This document shows, piece by piece, positions 58,863-64,000 of a stretch of DNA of 64,000 nt (position 1 is the stretch's first letter; every line of letters begins with the position of its first letter). Origin of the DNA: Bacillota bacterium (GTDB taxonomy: Bacteria; Bacillota; DTU025; MWDF01); assembly GCA_029565935.1 (NCBI GenBank), contig JAKQNF010000027.1, forward strand, positions 6,905 to 70,904, read 5' to 3'. Position numbers and translations under genes: made by a program. The notes under the pieces were generated by a model. It was not told where the DNA came from. It did no database searches and saw only the letters and a program-made list of their open reading frames with translations.

Positions 58863-60305
58863 TCATTCCTTGTCGGCTACTTCGTCCCCGGCATTCTCCT
58901 TGGCCTCTTCCACGTGCCCCTCATGCTCCTCGTGCTCCTCGTGGCCGTGGTCGTGGTGCTGCTTGCACTTGCCGGCCTCGGGATCCGCATCGCACAGGCC
59001 AGACAGAAGCCTTATGGCCTTGTCCTGGGCCACGAGCCTCCCTACCGACGAGCGCACCCTATCGTTCTCCTTGAGCTTCTTCACATCGGCCGGCTTCGTC
59101 TCACCGGGCCTTCCGGCCATCATCTCTATGGCCCTGTCGACTTCGGCGGCGGTCACCCTGAGGTTGTTCGAAGCGAGCAGCTCGCGGACCGCAAGATGCT
59201 GCTTGACCGCGGCTTCCGCCCTAGGCCTCATATCTTCGAGCATGGCGTCTTGTGTCGTGGAGCGGGACTTGAGGTATTCGTCCCACTTCAGCCCCTGTTC
59301 CTCGACGCGCCTCGCCAGGTCGTTCAGCATGTCGGCGGCCTCGTCCTCCACCATCGCGGCGGGAAGCTCCACTTCCGCCCCGTCGGTCAGCTTGTTTAGC
59401 GCCTCTACCCCGAGCGCCCTTACCGCGCTGTCATAGTTCCTATGCTCCATACCGTGCTTCAAGGCGCCTTTGAGCTCGTCTAGCTTCTCGAAACCCAGCT
59501 TCTTGGCGAACTCGTCGTCCTTCTCGGGCACGATCTTGTCCTTTATCTCCCTCACCTTGCACTTGAAAGTGGCCGCCTTGCCCGCCAGGTGCTCTGCGCC
59601 GTAGTTCTCGGGGAAGCTGACCTTCACGTCCACGTCGGCCCCTTTGGCCGCCCCTACGAGCTGCTCTTCGAAGCCGGGTATGAACTGGCCGGATCCTATT
59701 AAAAGGTCGACGTTCTCAGCGGTGCCGCCCTCGAACGCTTCCTCCTCGGGCGTCCCCTCGTTCAGGAGACCCTTGAAGTCTATGGTGACCATGTCGCCGT
59801 CTTCCACCTTGTCGCGGTTGGAGGGGATGTACTGGGCGACTTGTTCGCGATAGCCGTCAAGTTCCTTGTCCACGTCCTCGTCGGTCACCGGTTTGATGGT
59901 CTTGTCCATCTTGAAGCCCTTGTAGTCGGGGAGCTTCACCTCGGGCTCGACCATTATCATCATCTTGAACGACTCTTCCTTGCCGGATCCCAAGTCCACC
60001 TTGTCCAGGCCCTCGAACTCGGGGTCCGCTATAGGCTTGAGGTCGTTGTCCTTGACGGCCTGCCTGTACGATGACGTCACTAAGTCCTCTAGGGCCTCTT
60101 GGAGTATGCTCGGTTTGCCTGCGTAGCGCTCGACCATCGCCTTAGGCGCCTTGCCCTGGCGGAATCCGGGTATCCTGACCCTTCTTCCGAGGCTCAGTGT
60201 CGCATCGTCTATCGCCTTGACGGCGGCCTCGTGGTCGATCACGACTTCTATGGTCGCGACGCTCGCCGCCTTGCCCACAAAGTTAACCTTCAACATATTA
60301 CGCAC
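58863..60305 (-). CDS. tig: Trigger factor with His/Glu-rich C-terminal tail
   Basis: 480 aa. PPIase and ribosome-binding regions. Tail KQHHDHGHEEHEEHEGHVEE. Confidence 0.85.
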   Translation of the reverse strand: MRNMLKVNFVGKAASVATIEVVIDHEAAVKAIDDATLSLGRRVRIPGFRQGKAPKAMVERYAGKPSILQEALEDLVTSSYRQAVKDNDLKPIADPEFEGLDKVDLGSGKEESFKMMIMVEPEVKLPDYKGFKMDKTIKPVTDEDVDKELDGYREQVAQYIPSNRDKVEDGDMVTIDFKGLLNEGTPEEEAFEGGTAENVDLLIGSGQFIPGFEEQLVGAAKGADVDVKVSFPENYGAEHLAGKAATFKCKVREIKDKIVPEKDDEFAKKLGFEKLDELKGALKHGMEHRNYDSAVRALGVEALNKLTDGAEVELPAAMVEDEAADMLNDLARRVEEQGLKWDEYLKSRSTTQDAMLEDMRPRAEAAVKQHLAVRELLASNNLRVTAAEVDRAIEMMAGRPGETKPADVKKLKENDRVRSSVGRLVAQDKAIRLLSGLCDADPEAGKCKQHHDHGHEEHEEHEGHVEEAKENAGDEVADKE

Positions 60306-60330
60306 CTCTTGCTCCGGCGAAGCCGGTTCC

Positions 60331-60368
60331 TGATAAACTATAAGCGGCGGCGATTAACTCCGCCGCCG
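60331..60368 (-). terminator. Hairpin (CGGCGGCG/CGCCGCCG) after tRNA-Gly, upstream of tig
   Basis: Read directly. Confidence 0.4.
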
Positions 60369-60380
60369 ACTAGAAACGCA

Positions 60381-60455
60381 TGGAGCGGAAAACGGGATTC
60401 GAACCCGCGACCCCCGCCTTGGCAAGGCGATGCTCTACCGCTGAGCTATTTCCGC
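60381..60455 (-). tRNA. tRNA-Gly(GCC), copy 2 (75-nt identical to 15095-15169)
   Basis: Identical string tggagcggaaaacgggattcgaacccgcgacccccgccttggcaaggcgatgctctaccgctgagctatttccgc. Confidence 0.85.
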
Positions 60456-60483
60456 AATCCTCTCGAAGCCCGACATTAGCGTA

Positions 60484-60561
60484 TGGGGTGGATGATGGGA
60501 CTTGAACCCACGACCCTCAGAGCCACAATCTGATGCTCTAGCCACCTGAGCTACACCCACC
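60484..60561 (-). tRNA. tRNA-His(GTG) with genomically encoded G-1
   Basis: G-GTGGGTGTAGCTCAGGTGGCTAGAGCATCAGATTGTGGCTCTGA...CCA. Confidence 0.8.
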
Positions 60562-60829
60562 ACGACGTACGGTCAAAGCCGCAATAGATATTTTACACTT
60601 AATGCACTCCATGAGGCAATATGCAAATCGCTTCGAATCGGTACATACTGCTAGAGGGCACCGATTCATGTTGACTAACGCCTATCCTTGTTGTTGAATA
60701 TTATGGAATTGAAGAAGGCCGGTTTTCGGAAGCCTCCATTAAACGACGGCATCCGGCGCAACGCCGCATAGCATAGGGCGCCCGACGTACCGAGAGAAGA
60801 TTAAAAAGGCCGGCCACGGAGGTTTTATC

Positions 60830-62236
60830 TTGTACAAGTCGGAAAAGCCCGGGACGATCAAGGGCACCCTTTCCAGTCTGGATCTACGGTTCAAGAAGAT
60901 GTCCCCGTCTAGGTTCCTGGTGTTGGGCTTCATCGTCATCGTCCTCATAGGGGGCATCCTACTTACGCTCCCGGTCTCCAACGTCAACGAAAAACCGGTG
61001 CGGTTCATCGACGCGCTGTTCACGTCCACGTCGGCCACATGCGTCACCGGACTTGTCGTGGTGGACACCGCGACCACCTACACACGATTCGGCCAGGTGG
61101 TCATAATGCTGCTCATCCAGGTCGGAGGCCTCGGCTTCATGGCGATGGCCACCATGATATTCGTGCTCCTCGGAAGGCGGATAGGCCTTAGGAGCAGGCT
61201 GCTGCTTCAGGAATCCTACAACCAGTTCAGCATACACGGCCTTGTCAAGCTGACGAAGACGGTCATAGGACTGACCCTTTTCATAGAGGGCACCGGGGCT
61301 TTGCTCCTCTTCCTGAGGCTCAGGAACCTCATGCCCTTGGGAGAGGCAGTGTTCGCAAGTGTGTTCGAAGCTGTCTCTGCGTTCTGCAACGCGGGCTTCG
61401 ACGTCTTCGGGAACTTCAGCGGGCCGTTCTCCAACCTCTCCTATTTCATCAAGGACGGTTACGTACCGATGGTCATCGGGATCCTCATCATAATCGGAGG
61501 CCTGGGTTTCCCCGTGCTGGCGGAAGTACTCGCGCTAGGTTCGAGCAAGAACACGCGCATATCCATCCACACGAGGCTGGTGCTAACCATAACCGCCATA
61601 CTGCTGGCGCTTGGCACCGTATTGGTCTTCGCGCTGGAGTATACCAACCCCGAAACGCTCAAAGGACTGCCTGCAGTGCATAAAGTGTGGAACTCGATAT
61701 TCATGTCGATCACCCCGAGGACCGCGGGGTTCAACGTGCTTAAGATGGGGGCGCTGCGGGCGCCGACCGTGATGGTCATAATGCTGCTGATGTTCATAGG
61801 CGCGTCTCCCAGCTCTACGGGAGGCGGCATCAAGACCGTCACCGCCGGAGTGCTGATCCTTGGGATAATGGCTACGATCAAAGGGGACGACAATGTGGAG
61901 TATTACGAAAGGCGGATCCCGAAGGAGCAAGTTCTAAGGGCCACTGCCGTAGTCCTGTTGGCCGCGGTCGTAGTCCTTGCGGGCGTTTTCATTATGTCCA
62001 TGGTGGATAGCGCACCTCTTCTGGACATGCTGTTCGAAGTCGTTTCGGCCTTCGGCACAGTGGGGCTCTCAAGGGGCATAACGCCGGGGCTTAGCGACAT
62101 TAGCAAGCTGACGCTCATAATCACGATGCTCATCGGCAGGCTAGGCCCTCTGACGTTTGCCGTCGCGCTGAACTATCGCGCAAGCACCAAGAAGGCAAGG
62201 GTCTCGTTCCCCGAGGAGCACGTCATGATAGGATAG
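60830..62236 (+). CDS. ktrB: TrkH/KtrB-family potassium transporter
   Basis: Only real plus-strand gene in the interior. Multiple M-P-M repeats. TTG at 60830 with GGAGG SD (alternative ATG at 60899). Confidence 0.8.
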   Translation: MYKSEKPGTIKGTLSSLDLRFKKMSPSRFLVLGFIVIVLIGGILLTLPVSNVNEKPVRFIDALFTSTSATCVTGLVVVDTATTYTRFGQVVIMLLIQVGGLGFMAMATMIFVLLGRRIGLRSRLLLQESYNQFSIHGLVKLTKTVIGLTLFIEGTGALLLFLRLRNLMPLGEAVFASVFEAVSAFCNAGFDVFGNFSGPFSNLSYFIKDGYVPMVIGILIIIGGLGFPVLAEVLALGSSKNTRISIHTRLVLTITAILLALGTVLVFALEYTNPETLKGLPAVHKVWNSIFMSITPRTAGFNVLKMGALRAPTVMVIMLLMFIGASPSSTGGGIKTVTAGVLILGIMATIKGDDNVEYYERRIPKEQVLRATAVVLLAAVVVLAGVFIMSMVDSAPLLDMLFEVVSAFGTVGLSRGITPGLSDISKLTLIITMLIGRLGPLTFAVALNYRASTKKARVSFPEEHVMIG

Positions 62237-62258
62237 CGATATTCTGGCATAATCTGGC

Positions 62259-62282
62259 AAAGCCCGCCGAAAGGCGGGCTTC
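62259..62282. terminator. Bidirectional terminator (AAAGCCCGCC-GAAA-GGCGGGCTT) between convergent ktrB and mnmA
   Basis: Read directly. Flanked by A-run upstream and T-run downstream. Confidence 0.6.
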
Positions 62283-62283
62283 T

Positions 62284-63336
62284 TCATCCTAAGATGACAC
62301 CACCGCAGGCAATAATATCGCCGTCGTAGCAGACCATGCTCTGCCCCGCGGCCGAGGCCCATATAAGCTCTTGCGTCGTAGCCAGCAGCCTCCCGTTTTC
62401 AAGGCGCACGTGCGCCCTGACGGGATCCATCGAGGACCTTGTCCTGACCAAGAGATCCATGCCCTCCTCCAGTCCCTTTACCGTCGCCTTCCCCAGCACC
62501 GGCTTTCCGGCCGCCACCTCACCGACAAGGCAGTCCTGCCTGCCGCCTAGGTAGATGGCATTGTTGGCATGGTCGATCCTGGCGATGTAGGCCCTTTCGC
62601 CCTTGGCCACGCCATGCCCTTTCCTTTGCCCTATCGTCAATCCTAAGGATCCTGTGTGTTCGCCGATCAGCTCGCCCGTCGCCACGTCATATGCCGGGCC
62701 GGGAACGAGCATGCCGGGCATCCTCTCAGACAGCCAACCCTTGAGCCCGCCCATAAGGAAGCACGCCTCCTGGGAGGACCTCACCCCTTGAAAGCCCAGG
62801 CCCAGGTCCGATGCCAGCTTTCTGACATCGTCCTTGCAAAGGTCGCCGAGCGGGAATTCTATGCGCCGCCTTATCTCCGGAAGCAGCGCGTAAAGGAAAT
62901 AGGACTGGTCGTTCTTCCCCGACACTCCCCTGGCTATGAAAGCATCGGTCCCTTCCCGCACTATCCTTGCGAAATGACCGGTGGCTATTCGGTCTATGCC
63001 GTACGAATCGGCGACCTGCACAAGATGCCTGAACTTGAAGCCGGGGTTGCACATGACGCACGGATTCGGGGTAAGGCCTGCCGCATATGCGGCAATGAAG
63101 GGATTTACCACATACTGGTCGAATTCAACGCTCAAATCCTTTATAATCAACCTTATGCCAAGGCGCGCGGCCGCTAAGCGGGCCCTTTCGACCGAATCCG
63201 GAGAAATCGACCCTGTGACCAGCGTCAGGCCCGTCACGTCGAATCCTCGATCCTTAAGTATGTGTGCCGCGACCGAGCTGTCCACGCCGCCGGACATGCC
63301 GAGTAGGACCTTCGGTCGCGAAGTCGGATGAACCAT
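62284..63336 (-). CDS. mnmA: tRNA-specific 2-thiouridylase MnmA
   Basis: PP-loop LLGMSGGVDSSVAA. ATG at 63336 with AGGAGG SD. Track ORF over-extended. Confidence 0.85.
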   Translation of the reverse strand: MVHPTSRPKVLLGMSGGVDSSVAAHILKDRGFDVTGLTLVTGSISPDSVERARLAAARLGIRLIIKDLSVEFDQYVVNPFIAAYAAGLTPNPCVMCNPGFKFRHLVQVADSYGIDRIATGHFARIVREGTDAFIARGVSGKNDQSYFLYALLPEIRRRIEFPLGDLCKDDVRKLASDLGLGFQGVRSSQEACFLMGGLKGWLSERMPGMLVPGPAYDVATGELIGEHTGSLGLTIGQRKGHGVAKGERAYIARIDHANNAIYLGGRQDCLVGEVAAGKPVLGKATVKGLEEGMDLLVRTRSSMDPVRAHVRLENGRLLATTQELIWASAAGQSMVCYDGDIIACGGVILG

Positions 63337-63393
63337 GCGCGTACCTCCTGCTACGATTATACTATCTATCCTGGCCGCTAAGGGGGAGCTTAG

Positions 63394-64000
63394 ATGGATT
63401 TCAAGTTGAAGCCGGCGATGAGATTGTTCTGGAGCCTTACGAAACCGGGCACCAAGCTTTGGATGAGACTGGTCATGAAGCCCATCATAGTCGACAGGCT
63501 TCCTAAGGACTTGAAGCCTCCCTATCTTCTCATATCGAACCACATCACCTCATACGATGGCCTGATAGTCACCCTCTACGCAAGGGAGCTGCCTGTAGTG
63601 GTGTTCGACGACGTACAGCGCATGGAGGCCTACAAGAGGCTCATCTTCACGAACTCGGGCGTCATCTTCAAGCCGCACGGGCTTCCCGACCCCAAGGTCA
63701 TACGAGGGATGATCAAGGCGAGGGACGCCGGCAGGTCCGTGCTCCTCTACCCCGAGGGGGAGATCTCATGGACCGGGGATTCCAAACCTTTGCAGATGAA
63801 CTTCGCAAGGCTTGTGAAGCTGCTCGGCATTCCTGTGGTGAGGGCGAAGTTCAAGGGCGGATATGCGAAACAGCCCAACTGGGCGACAACGATAAGATCG
63901 GGCAGGTGCATGGTCGAATATGACCTGATCCTGACCGAGGAGCAGATCTCCTCGATGGACGACGAGAGCCTGCTCAAGTTGCTTCAGCGTGAGCAGGGGC
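63394..64000 (+). CDS. PlsC-family 1-acyl-sn-glycerol-3-phosphate acyltransferase-like protein (N-terminal part; continues past window end)
   Basis: Manual translation from ATG 63394 (AGGGGGAG SD): MDFKLKPAMRLFWSL...ISNHITSYDGLIV (HxxxxD) ...LLYPEGEISWTG. Not in ORF track because no stop inside window. Confidence 0.7.
   Translation, partial: MDFKLKPAMRLFWSLTKPGTKLWMRLVMKPIIVDRLPKDLKPPYLLISNHITSYDGLIVTLYARELPVVVFDDVQRMEAYKRLIFTNSGVIFKPHGLPDPKVIRGMIKARDAGRSVLLYPEGEISWTGDSKPLQMNFARLVKLLGIPVVRAKFKGGYAKQPNWATTIRSGRCMVEYDLILTEEQISSMDDESLLKLLQREQG

Noticed and set aside
60566-60829. c-di-AMP (ydaO-type) riboswitch in the 264-nt leader of ktrB
   Set aside because: Context fits (ktr genes are common ydaO targets). 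But the leader lacks the GGGGA/ACGGGG/CCGA-rich conserved cores I recall for the motif. The region more simply holds divergent promoters for ktrB and the tRNA-His/Gly operon.

Overview
GC-rich bacterial chromosomal segment with nearly all genes on the minus strand. Gene order is Firmicutes/Clostridia-like. It is syntenic with the Bacillus subtilis valS-folC...maf-radC-mreBCD-minC...rplU-prp-rpmA region. T-box riboswitches, the Prp-processed L27 N-terminus, rnfCDGEAB and tig-clpP-clpX-lon support this. Minus-strand content in transcription order: tig-clpP-clpX-lon, EF-G paralogue, T-box-valS, nth, folC. Next come a small sensor/envelope cluster (P-loop NTPase, SPOR protein, DRTGG protein, HATPase anti-sigma-like kinase) and an 11-kb co-directional redox block rseC-rex-dodecaheme cytochrome c-nfnA-nfnB-fhs-rnfCDGEAB. 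Then follow maf-radC-mreBCD-mrdA-minC-rodA, two radical-SAM genes, a long-tailed RNase E/G, rplU-prp-rpmA, UPF0182, ogg and a six-tRNA operon. The segment ends with T-box-thrS-infC(non-AUG)-rpmI-rplT, a TrmH-family methyltransferase, a tRNA operon with an embedded orphan 5S rRNA, pyrR, and rpmG-secE-nusG-rplKAJL-rpoB-rpoC. rpoC is cut by the window start. On the plus strand at the far end are ktrB and a PlsC-like acyltransferase, cut by the window end. Two edge-truncated genes (rpoC, plsC-like) are missing from the ORF track and were recovered by manual translation. Most long plus-strand ORFs in the track are antisense artefacts of GC-rich coding DNA. No CRISPR, transposon or prophage signatures were seen. 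All protein identities rest on motif recognition without database searches.
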